NCBI GenBank assembly: GCA_963771075.1 | Contig: CAVYSE010000021.1 | Coordinates: 15,591-79,590 of the forward strand | Direction: 5' to 3' | DNA length: 64,000 nt | From: a candidate division FCPU426 bacterium | GTDB lineage: Bacteria; Oederibacteriota; Muellerivitia; Muellerivitales; Muellerivitaceae | Shown: positions 49,123 to 58,414 of the stretch, one piece after another | How the letters are laid out: each line of letters opens with the position of its first letter | Numbering within the stretch: position 1 is the first letter of the stretch | Notes under the pieces: generated by a model | What the model was told of the DNA's origin: nothing | What the model saw: only the letters and a program-made list of their open reading frames with translations | Database searches by the model: none | Translations under genes and position numbers: made by a program

Positions 49123-50928
49123 TTAGCGGTTCGGGGTCGGCGGCCCGGCCTTGTATTTCTCCAGCCACGCCCCCAGGCGCTTGGCATCCGGCCTCAAATT
49201 CAAAACCCACTCGAAGCATGGCACGGCGTAATCCTTGCGGCCCAGTCGGTAGTAAATATTCCCCAAGCCCCACCAGGCGAGAAGGTCCTTTTGGTCGGTC
49301 TGGACCGCCTGGGCGTAAAGGTGGATTGCTTCTATATATTTGCCCTCTTGTTCCAATTTCTTTCCCTGTTCGGTGATATCAGGCGTCAATTCGAACCGGA
49401 TATCCAGGCTGTCCTCCTCGTCCACGTCATCCGGCGCGGTCATGGATAGGGCTGAAACGCTCATGGAAGAAGCTGGGGAAACCGCGGTGGTTGGGGCTCC
49501 ATATCGGCCAAGCCAGGCCTTTAAATCCGCGGCATCCGGCTTGATCTCCAGCACCTCGTTAAAACATTGCGCCGCGTAATCCCTCCGCCCGAGCCGGTAG
49601 TAAACATTTCCCAATCCCCACCAGGCCAGCAGGTTCTTTTGGTCGCCCTGGATCGCCTGGATATAAACATTGATGGCTTCGATCAACCGCCCTTCCTTTT
49701 CCAGTTCCCTTCCACGGTCCTGGGTCCCGGGCGGCAAGGCGAAATGGTTATCCATGCCGCTGGCTTCGCCAGTACCCGTTGGGGTGGTGGACTCGGAAAT
49801 CGCCGCCCCGAATGGCAGGGCGGGTGGACCATCGGTCGCGGAACCCGTTGAAACGGTTTGCGGAGTGCCATGGGTATCCGCCGGTTCGCTCGTCGGGGTG
49901 GCGGTGGGAGTGGAAGGCGGCTGTACCGTGGAAGCGATTTTGACCGGAAGGGGTTTCGTGGCCGGGGCCTGGACGGCCGATCCCGCGTCTTTCGCGGTTT
50001 CTAAATTCACGGCCTGGAAATGGTAGGAGAGGCTGATGAGGTTGGAAGTCCCCAGCTCCCCCATGGGCAAGAAGGCGTAATCAATGGACAAGCCTTCCAA
50101 CCGGTATCCCGCGCCCAAGGTCAGTCCGCTGAACCCATCCCACTGGTTGTCGACGAAATCGATTCTCAACCCCGCGCGCAAGGCGTAATGGCCCTGGTAA
50201 ACCGCCTCCGCGCCGGTTTGAAGGCCGGTCAAATTCGCCTGTTCGATGGAACCGGCCCCGCAAAGCAATAACGCCCAGTCACGGGAAAGTTCCGGCCGGT
50301 AAGCCACCCCCATATTCAGGGTGAAAGGCAAGTCGCCTTGGGCGCCGCTTTCCCCCAAACCGCTGAAGGCCAAGGCGAGCGTTAACTCCGTGGACGCGCG
50401 GTACAGCAAACCGCCGTCGAAGGAAAGGTCGGTGTAATTATTCCCGGCCAAGTTCTGCTGGGAGGCCCTTGTCCCCAACCCGATGGAAAGGGTCTCGTCC
50501 AAGGGATAACCCCATCCCCCTTCCAAGGCGATCCGGTCGGCGGAAAAGGAGGCCGTGGGGGTGCCGGAGGCGTCCCTGCCGGCGAATGTTCCGTAATCCA
50601 TGTAATGGGCGGCCAGCCCTACGCCTCCCCAACCCGGCATGGGAAGGGCCACCAAAAGGGTGTCCAGGCTCGTTTGGCTAATCCAATCCTGGTAATGAAG
50701 GGATAACTCCCCGGATGAAAGTTGACCCAGCCCCGCGGGGTTCCAGAACAGGGCGGCCCCGTCGTCCGCCACGGCCACGTAAGCCGGGCCCAAAACGGCG
50801 GACCGGGCCGAGTCGAGGTCGTTGTCCATGGGGATGGAAAGGCTGGCGGAGTTATTCACGGTTTGGGCGTAAAGGGGATGAACCCACAGCAAGTTCAGGG
50901 CGGATAGCGCTAATAGAAATATTCTCAC
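49123..50928 (-). CDS. PorV/PorQ-like (FadL-type) outer-membrane barrel with C-terminal TPR modules
   Basis: GTG 50928 overlaps the upstream stop; signal peptide; ARSAVLGPAYVAVADDGAALFWNPAGL; IDYAFLPMGELG; two similar TPR blocks (AWWGLGN.YYRLGR.DYA..CF..VL). Confidence 0.82.
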   Translation of the reverse strand: MRIFLLALSALNLLWVHPLYAQTVNNSASLSIPMDNDLDSARSAVLGPAYVAVADDGAALFWNPAGLGQLSSGELSLHYQDWISQTSLDTLLVALPMPGWGGVGLAAHYMDYGTFAGRDASGTPTASFSADRIALEGGWGYPLDETLSIGLGTRASQQNLAGNNYTDLSFDGGLLYRASTELTLALAFSGLGESGAQGDLPFTLNMGVAYRPELSRDWALLLCGAGSIEQANLTGLQTGAEAVYQGHYALRAGLRIDFVDNQWDGFSGLTLGAGYRLEGLSIDYAFLPMGELGTSNLISLSYHFQAVNLETAKDAGSAVQAPATKPLPVKIASTVQPPSTPTATPTSEPADTHGTPQTVSTGSATDGPPALPFGAAISESTTPTGTGEASGMDNHFALPPGTQDRGRELEKEGRLIEAINVYIQAIQGDQKNLLAWWGLGNVYYRLGRRDYAAQCFNEVLEIKPDAADLKAWLGRYGAPTTAVSPASSMSVSALSMTAPDDVDEEDSLDIRFELTPDITEQGKKLEQEGKYIEAIHLYAQAVQTDQKDLLAWWGLGNIYYRLGRKDYAVPCFEWVLNLRPDAKRLGAWLEKYKAGPPTPNR

Positions 50929-52394
50929 CGCAGCACCATGAACTTTTGGGTCCCCGGCGATTCTTGCCCGCCCGAGGAGTATTTCAACCTTACCTGGTAA
51001 AAGTAAACACCCGCCGCGAAGCGCTGGATATTGAGGGCCGTCATTTGGACCCCGCAACCCTGGTCCTGGGTTTGTTCCGCGACCAAGGTTCCCCGCTCGT
51101 TCCAAACCAGGATTTCGGCGCTACCCGGCTCCCGCATGAAATAAACGAAATTCACCCCTCCCTGCGCCTGGGCGGGGGAAGGATAGGTGAAGCTTTCCCC
51201 GGGCGCGGCCGGGTTGGGGCCGGTGTAGCCCGGCGGACAGGGCAGGGCAGTGGCCGTGGAGGTGGGCGTTGAGGTAGGGCTCGCGGTCGAGGTCGGGATG
51301 GGAGTGGCGGTCGAACTGGGAGTAGGGGTGGGGGTTCCGGTGGGGCTGAGAGTCGGGCTGGGCGTGACGCTGGGGGTCGGCGTTTCGGTGTTGGGGAAGA
51401 AATAAATAATGGGGGTCCAAGTGGGTATCGGGGTCTGGGTGGGGGTAAAGGTGGGATTACAGCCATAGACGCTCCCGGCTTGGCCGGCCGGTCCGTAGAT
51501 GGTGAAACAGCCGCTACCCGGTCCTGTCAAATTGTCGCATATAGTCTCCTCAACTCCGCCATTGCCTCCCGGGCTGTTCTGGGTTCCATTGAAATTATCG
51601 ATTCCGTTTGATGCGCACAGCGCGATACATCCTCCCCCCCCGCCTCCCCCTCCATAGGTCCCCCCACCTCCCGGCCCGCCCGCGGCCACCAGGTTTCCGG
51701 TGCCATAGATGCCCTGAGCGAGGATGGAAATGGTTCCGCCCGCCCCGCCCCCGCCTCCGCCCCCTACCGTGGTTCCCATGCTCGAGGGAAAACCTCCCAG
51801 GAATCCGCTCATATCGATCAAGCCGAAGATATTCACGTTGCCGGTGGGGTCGTTTAAAAGCAAAGCCGCTCCCCCCGGACCGGGGCTCCCGCCAAGGCCC
51901 GCGGGCCCGCCCATTCCTCCCGCGCTTCCCATCGTAAGCGGATTGTTGGGGCTGTCATAGGTTGCCCCGCCGGGTACGGTGGGCCATGCCCCGCCCGTAC
52001 CACCGTGCCCTCCCCCGCCCCCGCCATAAAAATAACCACCCGCGCCAACCGTCACGGCGAGGTCGGCGTCGGCCCCCGTGCCGGGTCCCAGGGAAGGGGC
52101 GTAGGAAGACCCATAACCCAGCCCCACTCCGTTGATGGCGCCGTAGATATCCGTATCGCCCGTGACATTGAGGGTGACGGCCCCTCCGATAAAGAGGGTG
52201 GCCCCGGCGGAGATGTTCACCGAACAATAGGAATAGGCCCCGTTCGAAAGGGTCGCCGTACCCGAGGGCACGTTCAAGGCGCAAGGTTGGGCGGCCAGGA
52301 CCGAAGGCAGGAATATAATCAAAAAGAGGAAAGCGCAGATATTCGGCGCAGCGGCTCTTTTTTTATAAGCTAGCATGGTTTTCCTCACGGCCAA
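50925..52394 (-). CDS. Secreted glycine-rich protein with Thr/Pro linker and CTD-like domain
   Basis: Signal peptide, GGGGGGHGG and GGGAGGTI repeats, then TYPSP...GVYFYQV...KFMVLR; start may be GTG near 52388 or ATG 52376. Confidence 0.82.
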   Translation of the reverse strand: MAVRKTMLAYKKRAAAPNICAFLFLIIFLPSVLAAQPCALNVPSGTATLSNGAYSYCSVNISAGATLFIGGAVTLNVTGDTDIYGAINGVGLGYGSSYAPSLGPGTGADADLAVTVGAGGYFYGGGGGGHGGTGGAWPTVPGGATYDSPNNPLTMGSAGGMGGPAGLGGSPGPGGAALLLNDPTGNVNIFGLIDMSGFLGGFPSSMGTTVGGGGGGGAGGTISILAQGIYGTGNLVAAGGPGGGGTYGGGGGGGGCIALCASNGIDNFNGTQNSPGGNGGVEETICDNLTGPGSGCFTIYGPAGQAGSVYGCNPTFTPTQTPIPTWTPIIYFFPNTETPTPSVTPSPTLSPTGTPTPTPSSTATPIPTSTASPTSTPTSTATALPCPPGYTGPNPAAPGESFTYPSPAQAQGGVNFVYFMREPGSAEILVWNERGTLVAEQTQDQGCGVQMTALNIQRFAAGVYFYQVRLKYSSGGQESPGTQKFMVLR

Positions 52395-52471
52395 TTTTAC
52401 CCCAACCCCGTTTTAAGGTTCGCGTTTTCCGCGACGCAACTTTGATTATGTTTGTGGATCTTCTTACATGG

Positions 52472-52520
52472 AACGCGGGGATTCGGAACAATTGAGGATC
52501 GGTTCCGAATCCACGGCGTT
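52472..52520. other. Long intergenic hairpin
   Basis: GGATTCGGAAC (52479-52489) pairs with GTTCCGAATCC (52502-52512) and extends imperfectly; role unknown. Confidence 0.6.
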
Positions 52521-52594
52521 TCCCTTACTTGAGGGTCGACAAGGCCAACCCGCGGAAATAAGCCTGACCTTGTTGGGTTTTCATCATCCCCACC

Positions 52595-53920
52595 TTAAGA
52601 GCCCTGGTTCGGGTCGTTGACCCGGCCCATGAAGAGCACCGTCTGGTTGGCGTTATCCACGATCATGAAGATAAAGGGGTGGTCGGCGGTAAAGGGAATC
52701 GGGGGCGGGGGGGGCGGGCCGACCATTGAGATGCTGATCGTCATCACCACGGCCGTCGCGGCCGCCGCGGTCGTGCCCGATTCATTCACGTCGATATAGG
52801 CCTCGTGGATGACCTTGGAGATGTACAAGCCCACGTTTCCGTCGATCCCCGAGAAATTCGCCCCGCTCCCATTGGGCCCGGGCTTTGTGAAAGCCAGGGG
52901 CATGCCCATGGCGGAAAGGGTAGAGGCCAGTTGGTATTGTGTAGAAAATTTGAACTTGGGCAGGGATAAGGCCACTTGTCCGAAACTTGAACCCGACATC
53001 GCGGATGAATTGGCGGCCAGCCACGCGTTGATATTGGGCCCGGTCATCCGGCTTTCGAGGGTGGCCATGCCCCCCAATGGCGGCAGGAAGATATACATGG
53101 AAGCGCCGTTATCCTTGTAGGGCAGGGCCAGGACGCTGGCCGCGCCGTTGTAATTGCCAATGGCGGAGGTCAAGGTCTGGTGCATCATGGTGACCGGTTC
53201 GGTGCTACCGGTAGTTAACGTGAAGGTTTGGGGCCGGGTGCCGGTGGTGACGAACTGGCTCTGCCAATCGGCTTGGAAATAGATCGCGTTGGTCAGCACC
53301 AATTCGGCGTTGGCGACGTCTCCCGACGTAAGGAGATTGGGAATATACCCGTCGGTTTCCTGGGAGACCGCCCCGTCGATGGTTTGGGCCGCCCCGTCCG
53401 GATTGCCGTAATTCAACTGGGTGACACCGGCCCCATAATAGGTTTGCAGGTTATTTTCGAAGCTGGGCAGGACGGGGAGTAATTGCTGGGGCCAAAGGTT
53501 GTCGGCGGTGGAGAGGGTGTAGGGCTTGCTCGGGGCGTTGATTTGGGATAGGAGCTGTTGAAAGCCCTGCAACCGGGCGGTGGTATTGGGGTTGAGCCCA
53601 AGCACGTTTTGCATTTGGGTTTGGGTGGGCCCCACCGCGCCTTCCTGGGCCATCGCCATGCAGGTGATGATACTGAAAGGCGAAAAGAAGATATTTCCGC
53701 TGGAACCCGCGGATTGATTTTCGTAAAAGTTATAAAGGTTCGCGCCTAACTGGCAGTCCGACTCCGCGGGAGTCTGTCCGTTATAGGTCGAGGAAGGCGC
53801 CACCGGCCCGGAGGAGACCGCCGCGCTGGGCAGTGACAATTGTTTCGTGCATCCACCGCAAAACCATGGGACCAACACCGCCAACATCAAGGCCGCCATA
53901 TATTCCCGTGTGTTCCTCAT
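52595..53920 (-). CDS. Lipoprotein serpin, copy 2 (intact)
   Basis: Lipobox-like FCGGC; NIFFSPFSI, NAIYF, ESGTTAAAAT hinge and DHPFIFMI motifs. Confidence 0.95.
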   Translation of the reverse strand: MRNTREYMAALMLAVLVPWFCGGCTKQLSLPSAAVSSGPVAPSSTYNGQTPAESDCQLGANLYNFYENQSAGSSGNIFFSPFSIITCMAMAQEGAVGPTQTQMQNVLGLNPNTTARLQGFQQLLSQINAPSKPYTLSTADNLWPQQLLPVLPSFENNLQTYYGAGVTQLNYGNPDGAAQTIDGAVSQETDGYIPNLLTSGDVANAELVLTNAIYFQADWQSQFVTTGTRPQTFTLTTGSTEPVTMMHQTLTSAIGNYNGAASVLALPYKDNGASMYIFLPPLGGMATLESRMTGPNINAWLAANSSAMSGSSFGQVALSLPKFKFSTQYQLASTLSAMGMPLAFTKPGPNGSGANFSGIDGNVGLYISKVIHEAYIDVNESGTTAAAATAVVMTISISMVGPPPPPPIPFTADHPFIFMIVDNANQTVLFMGRVNDPNQGS

Positions 53921-53979
53921 AACCCGATCCCTCCGTGAAAACCGTTTGTGGGGGGAACCCGCAAGTACCCCTATTGGAA

Positions 53980-54005
53980 TGATCAGGCGGGGAGGGTTTT
54001 ATTCC
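53980..54005 (-). promoter_or_regulatory. Putative ECF promoter for serpin 2
   Basis: GGAATAAA-N13-GATCA, with the same boxes and spacing as 55338-55363. Confidence 0.75.
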
Positions 54006-54013
54006 CTCTTTTA

Positions 54014-54700
54014 TTACTTTTTTTGGATGAGGAAGTTCTGGGTCTTAACCATGGAACCGGTATGGGTCTCAACGCGGTAGGCCCCCGCAGGAGCCTTTTG
54101 GCCGTTTTCCAGCCGCCCATCCCAGCTATAAGCATAATCGCCCGCGGCCAAGGAACCCTGGTAGAGGGTTTTAACCAGGAACCCACTGCCGTTCAAAATC
54201 CAAACCGTCACCGGCCCCGCTTGGGCGACCTGCACGTTGATCTTGAGACGGGAAATGGTTTTAACACCCGATGCCTTGGCGGATGGGGTTTTCTTTATTT
54301 CTTGGGACGGCGCCGATACCGGAATATCGGCGGGGGCTGGAACCCCCTGGGTGGTTGTCATGCCAGGGGTTTCGGTTTGAACCGAGGCGTATTGCCGCCA
54401 CTCGTATAGCCCGGCCGCTAATCCCAGTACAATTAAGCCAAAACCCCACAACCGCCATAAACCCTTGTCCGCCTTGGACCCGGTTTCAGGCCCGGAATCA
54501 GGCCCAGCATTGGGTTCGGGCCCAAGCCTGGAATCAGGCTCATCATTGGGCTCGAGCAGGTCGAATCGGGCATAGGCCTGCGCCGCCCTATCGGCGAAAA
54601 GGTTGGCGTCCTCCAGGGACGATCCCAAAAGACTGTCCAGGGCCTCTTCCTCGGCCAGGCTCAAGTCCCTCAGGAAAAATTGATTGACCAGATCACTCAT
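54014..54700 (-). CDS. Putative anti-sigma factor with C-terminal FlgD-Ig/CTD-like domain
   Basis: Overlaps the ECF sigma stop; short cytoplasmic N-terminus, one TM segment, C-terminal WDGRLENG..APAGAY. Confidence 0.75.
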   Translation of the reverse strand: MSDLVNQFFLRDLSLAEEEALDSLLGSSLEDANLFADRAAQAYARFDLLEPNDEPDSRLGPEPNAGPDSGPETGSKADKGLWRLWGFGLIVLGLAAGLYEWRQYASVQTETPGMTTTQGVPAPADIPVSAPSQEIKKTPSAKASGVKTISRLKINVQVAQAGPVTVWILNGSGFLVKTLYQGSLAAGDYAYSWDGRLENGQKAPAGAYRVETHTGSMVKTQNFLIQKK

Positions 54701-55265
54701 GCAAATCACCCGTAAGGATTCTTTGTACCAGTTCCTTGAGCGTTTGCCGGCACCGGGCCAGGCGCGACATCACCGTGCCCATGGGAACCCGCAAAATCTC
54801 CGATATTTCAACGTAACTATTGCCCTTTTCATCCCTCAAGCCCACCAGGTCCCTGCAGGGCTGGCCCAGGGCCGCCTTTCCCTTTTCCAGCACTTTCAGC
54901 ATAAGGGAACGGTCCCCTTCCTCGTGTTTTCGCCCATCTTTTTCCAGGGCCCCGGGCACGAAAAGCATTTCCAACTCCTCTTCGGCCTGTAAAACCATTC
55001 GCTTGCGGTGGCGCCAGCGCCGGTAGCAGTAATGGACGCATATTTGCCTGAGCCAATGGGCCAGGCTGGACCGGAATTCGAAAGTTCCGAGCTTTTGAAA
55101 GGCCGAAGCGAAGGTTTCCTGGATCATGTCATCCACTTCCGGGTCCCCGTAACCCAGGATATGGACGCAGGTCGCGCGCAACATGCCCTTGTGAAGCTTG
55201 ACCAAAAGTTCCTGGGCCGATGCGTCGCCCGCGAGGATCTTCTGGACCAATTCCCGGTCTTCCAA
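54693..55265 (-). CDS. ECF RNA polymerase sigma factor
   Basis: DDMIQETF...FEFRSSLAHWL (region 2) and SYVEISEILRVPMGTVMSRLAR (region 4). Confidence 0.95.
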   Translation of the reverse strand: MEDRELVQKILAGDASAQELLVKLHKGMLRATCVHILGYGDPEVDDMIQETFASAFQKLGTFEFRSSLAHWLRQICVHYCYRRWRHRKRMVLQAEEELEMLFVPGALEKDGRKHEEGDRSLMLKVLEKGKAALGQPCRDLVGLRDEKGNSYVEISEILRVPMGTVMSRLARCRQTLKELVQRILTGDLHE

Positions 55266-55337
55266 GTCATTTCCTTTAAAACCCGAGCCGGAAAGGGCCT
55301 AGGGGAGGATTTTTCCCCCGTGGTCCCCTTACTTACT

Positions 55338-55363
55338 TGATCCAGATGCGGGCGGTTTATTCC
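55338..55363 (-). promoter_or_regulatory. Putative autoregulated ECF promoter
   Basis: GGAATAAA-N13-GATCA upstream of the sigma gene. Confidence 0.75.
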
Positions 55364-55511
55364 ATGAAATTATAGCAAGCCGTACGGCAGGGGGGCGGTT
55401 CCAACACGGAAGGGTCGACGAAGTTAGGGTTTAAATCGGAGATTTAGATAATTTTACGGGACTCTAGCTTTGGCATAAGTTATTCAAGAAAGGTTTAGTT
55501 GTTGTGGTTTT

Positions 55512-55601
55512 CACCTTCTCCCCTGGAGGGAGAAGGATGGGATGAGGGGGACCCCGTAGTAAAGCACCCCTCACCCTGCCCTCTCCCTCAAGGGGAGAGG
55601 G
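55512..55601. repeat. REP-like doublet of the CCCTCTCCC...GGGAGAGGG type
   Basis: CCTTCTCCC-TGG-GGGAGAAGG-type hairpin followed by the inverted CCCTCACCCTGCCCTCTCCCTCAAGGGGAGAGGG; enclosed by TTGGCAT/ATGCCAA inverted arms at about 55470 and 55616. Confidence 0.8.
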
Positions 55602-55666
55602 TTTGTTTTTAAGTAATGCCAAGTGCATAGTTTTGTATTTTTAATAATCGACGACTGACCCCATTT

Positions 55667-55936
55667 GCACGTGTATGCATCTTGACGATTTGACGACGGG
55701 CCTTTACCAAGTTCCCCAAACAATACACCCCCAAGATATTGAGAAAGAGCAATTTGAATTGGATGACCATCATCAACGACTGCAACAAGAGTTGCATTTG
55801 TGTTTTGAAAACTTACAAAATCGTTTACTGTTGGGGCAGGAGTAAATGTAGCCGTTGGTAATTGGGCAAAACCAAACTTTGCACTAGCAAGGAACCACAA
55901 GATCGAGAATAAGAATGTTTTATTATTTTTTTTCAT
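55667..55936 (-). pseudogene. 5' fragment of a secreted protein, possibly SpoIID/LytB-like, cut at a TGACCCCATTT site
   Basis: Signal peptide then IALSQYLGGVLFGELG...RQDAY; the ORF then runs into the element end at 55656-55666 and the REP. Confidence 0.5.
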
Positions 55937-57279
55937 TTAAATATTGATATTCATCAATATGGAACCCATCTTTACCACCCCAGCAGTAATAAATATTTCC
56001 ATTTTTATCAAAAACAAAGGCAAGTGTGTTTATTCCTGGATCCAATTCTCCCAAGGTCGACAATTTTACCTTCATAGTAAGAAGTAATGACCCGGATTTA
56101 TCGGTTTTAAATATGGTCGTTTCATAAATACCTTTTGTGTTTTCATTCCAATGTATTGCGTTCCGATTCTCTATATCAGTTGTTGCCGTTAGGAAAATAT
56201 TTCCAAATTTATCTTGATATTCAGAATTCCAACCCCAAATTTTTTCATTTGTCCACTCTTTAATTTTCGAGGATAAGTTCAATATCTCCGCCTTTCCTAA
56301 ATTTAAGCCGATATGCTTACCATCACTAAAGTCATATAAATAATCATTTTCAGCGGCAGGGTTGGTTTTTCTTTCTTCTTCATCAAAGACAAAAACGGAT
56401 GGTTTATTCGGTTCTTTTCCAGTTCGTTTGAGGAGAACGCCGTTCAATGCCGTTGAATACGTCATGTCATATTCTCTCGGAATCGAAAATATCCTCGAAA
56501 CGGAGAAATCATTTTTGTTTAAATATTTTACTTCACTCTTGTCCTAAATAAACGTTTTGGACAGCATATTCCCTTTTAGACCGTCGAGGGTTCTTTGATG
56601 GCCCTCTCTTAAAAGCCTTACAGGTAAGGGATTTATATCCTTTTTGGTCCGCGATATTGAGGACTTTTTATTTTGGACAGCATTTTCACTTAAACAGGGG
56701 CTTTCCCTAGGCAACAGTGTAAAACCTGTCCTAAACCCATATTTTACCGGGGGCTCCTAGACTATTTAAAAACGTCTTGGACAGCAGTGATTTTACTTCA
56801 TGTTCATTTTCATTTATGACAACGATTTTATTTCCCTGAATCGTAAAATCTAACGGTGGATTATCAGTTAAGCTTGCAATTTCATTCCCTTTGATATTGA
56901 ATTTTTTGAGGGCGGGTTTTTTACCTAAGCAATCACAAATATATACATTCCCCTCTTCGTCCAGCCTAAATGTTGGAGGAGCATATTGTTTTGTAACAGT
57001 CGCGTTGTAAAACGAACTGTTTTTTTTCAAAGCCCACTCAGGTGTATTGGGCCCAGGGGGATGTATCTTTTCTTGCTCAAGTCTTAAAGTAAGCTTACCT
57101 TTACCCTCGCCCCAAGGAATCAACATGTAATGTTTGAAAACATATTTATCTTGTTCAGGCAATGGTGTTTGAGAATACACGTCCTTTGAAGGCAATAGAG
57201 AGAGAACGAATGAGGCAAAAATAAAAGAGCCAGGTAGGATTTTCCAAACAACCCATCGTCTGATCTTTCTCATGGGCAT
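55923..57279 (-). pseudogene. AT-rich secreted protein gene (NHL/propeller-like) split by a 256-bp MITE
   Basis: ORFs 56731..57354 and 55923..56465 fuse in frame (…ENEHEVK|YLNKNDFS…) once the insert and one TSD are removed; LLIPWGEGKGKL-like and LDEEGNVYICD segments. Confidence 0.85.
56534..56789. mobile_element. 256-bp MITE with a 9-bp target-site duplication
   Basis: TSD ATTTTACTT at 56525-56533 and 56790-56798; ends CACTCTTGTCC and GGACAGCAGTG; TTGGACAGCA occurs three times. Confidence 0.88.
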
Positions 57280-57425
57280 GCTCCAATAATTATGAATTTT
57301 TGATCGAGTATGTGGAGAGAGGGAGGTGAATTGAGTTTCAATAGATTCATGCAAATTTCCCTTTATATAACGTTGCCCTTATTGTGCACTTAACGTTTAT
57401 GACAACACAGAATGAGAAAATGGGG

Positions 57426-58379
57426 TCAGGACAACACTTGACACTTATGGACCATCTTCTCCAATCGCCGGTCTTTTTCCACGCGTATTTTTATCACCGC
57501 CCATCGATTCCCAATCGCCGATGGACTCACCCCCAACACTTTTGCCGTTTCTCTTGAGCTTATTCCCGCCGTTTTCTTTAACAAATAAATCGCCACGTCC
57601 CTGGCTTCATTTTCCTTCTTTCGGCTTTTTACGATTTCTTCCTTCTTCACCCCGTAAACTTCCGCTACCTTCGCCAGCACTTTTTCCACCGGAGGATGCA
57701 TGATTTTCTTTTGGTATTTCGGCATATCCAGGTTTTCTTTGCCTGATATCAGGCCCTTCATCTTTTCCAAAAATTCATCTTTCCCCAAATAAACCTGATG
57801 CCTCAACTCATCCCAAGGGCTGGTTCCCGCTTGGAGCCCATCGTCTACGAACCCTTGATAGGCCTTTTGCGCTGAACCTAACCTTTTATCAAATAATCCT
57901 AATAACCACTTCGTTTCCAACCAGGATGGGGCTTTTTCCATGCCAACCGTAGCCCGATAACTGCTCCATTTCCATTCTTTAGGATGCTTCACCATTTTGG
58001 CCCTTACGGGGTTTAAGACCACATACCGGCACAATTCCTTCAAATAACTTTCTTTATCTACATGGATGGCCTTAAACCGGCCTTGAAACAAATGCCCCAC
58101 TCGTCCCCTTTTTCGATTGAACCTTTGGGTATAAAGCCCATTTAAATGCTTCATGGCCATGGAAAGGTTGGCGGCGGGGGTTTCCAACAATAAGTGATAG
58201 TGATTGTCCATCAAGACCCAGGCATGGCAGTGCAAATGATGTTCTTCCACAACTTCAGCGAGTATTTTTAGGAATAAACAACGATCTGAATCATCAAACA
58301 CGATCTTTCTTCGTTCATTCCCTCGGGAAGTAACGTGGTAAACCGCGCCTTCATAATGGATTCTTTTTGCTCGGGGCAT
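57426..58379 (-). CDS. RAYT-like Y1 transposase with C-terminal DnaA-C-like HTH
   Basis: YHVTSRGN, LMDNHYHLL (HUH), GHLFQGRF, RYVVLNPVRA and WKWSSY motifs; tail VAEVYGV...EARDVAIYL. Confidence 0.93.
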   Translation of the reverse strand: MPRAKRIHYEGAVYHVTSRGNERRKIVFDDSDRCLFLKILAEVVEEHHLHCHAWVLMDNHYHLLLETPAANLSMAMKHLNGLYTQRFNRKRGRVGHLFQGRFKAIHVDKESYLKELCRYVVLNPVRAKMVKHPKEWKWSSYRATVGMEKAPSWLETKWLLGLFDKRLGSAQKAYQGFVDDGLQAGTSPWDELRHQVYLGKDEFLEKMKGLISGKENLDMPKYQKKIMHPPVEKVLAKVAEVYGVKKEEIVKSRKKENEARDVAIYLLKKTAGISSRETAKVLGVSPSAIGNRWAVIKIRVEKDRRLEKMVHKCQVLS

Positions 58380-58414
58380 GGCAAAATCTTATCAAATACC
58401 GAATTGGTTGTTAA
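58380..58414 (-). promoter_or_regulatory. Leaderless-type promoter of the transposase
   Basis: TTAACA-17-TAAGAT (extended TG)-6-ATG; the -35 overlaps the inner edge of the terminal IR; also present in copy B. Confidence 0.65.

Noticed and set aside
47593..53920. Diversity-generating retroelement acting on the serpin loops
   Set aside because: No reverse transcriptase in the window, and differences are spread over both genes rather than adenine-specific.
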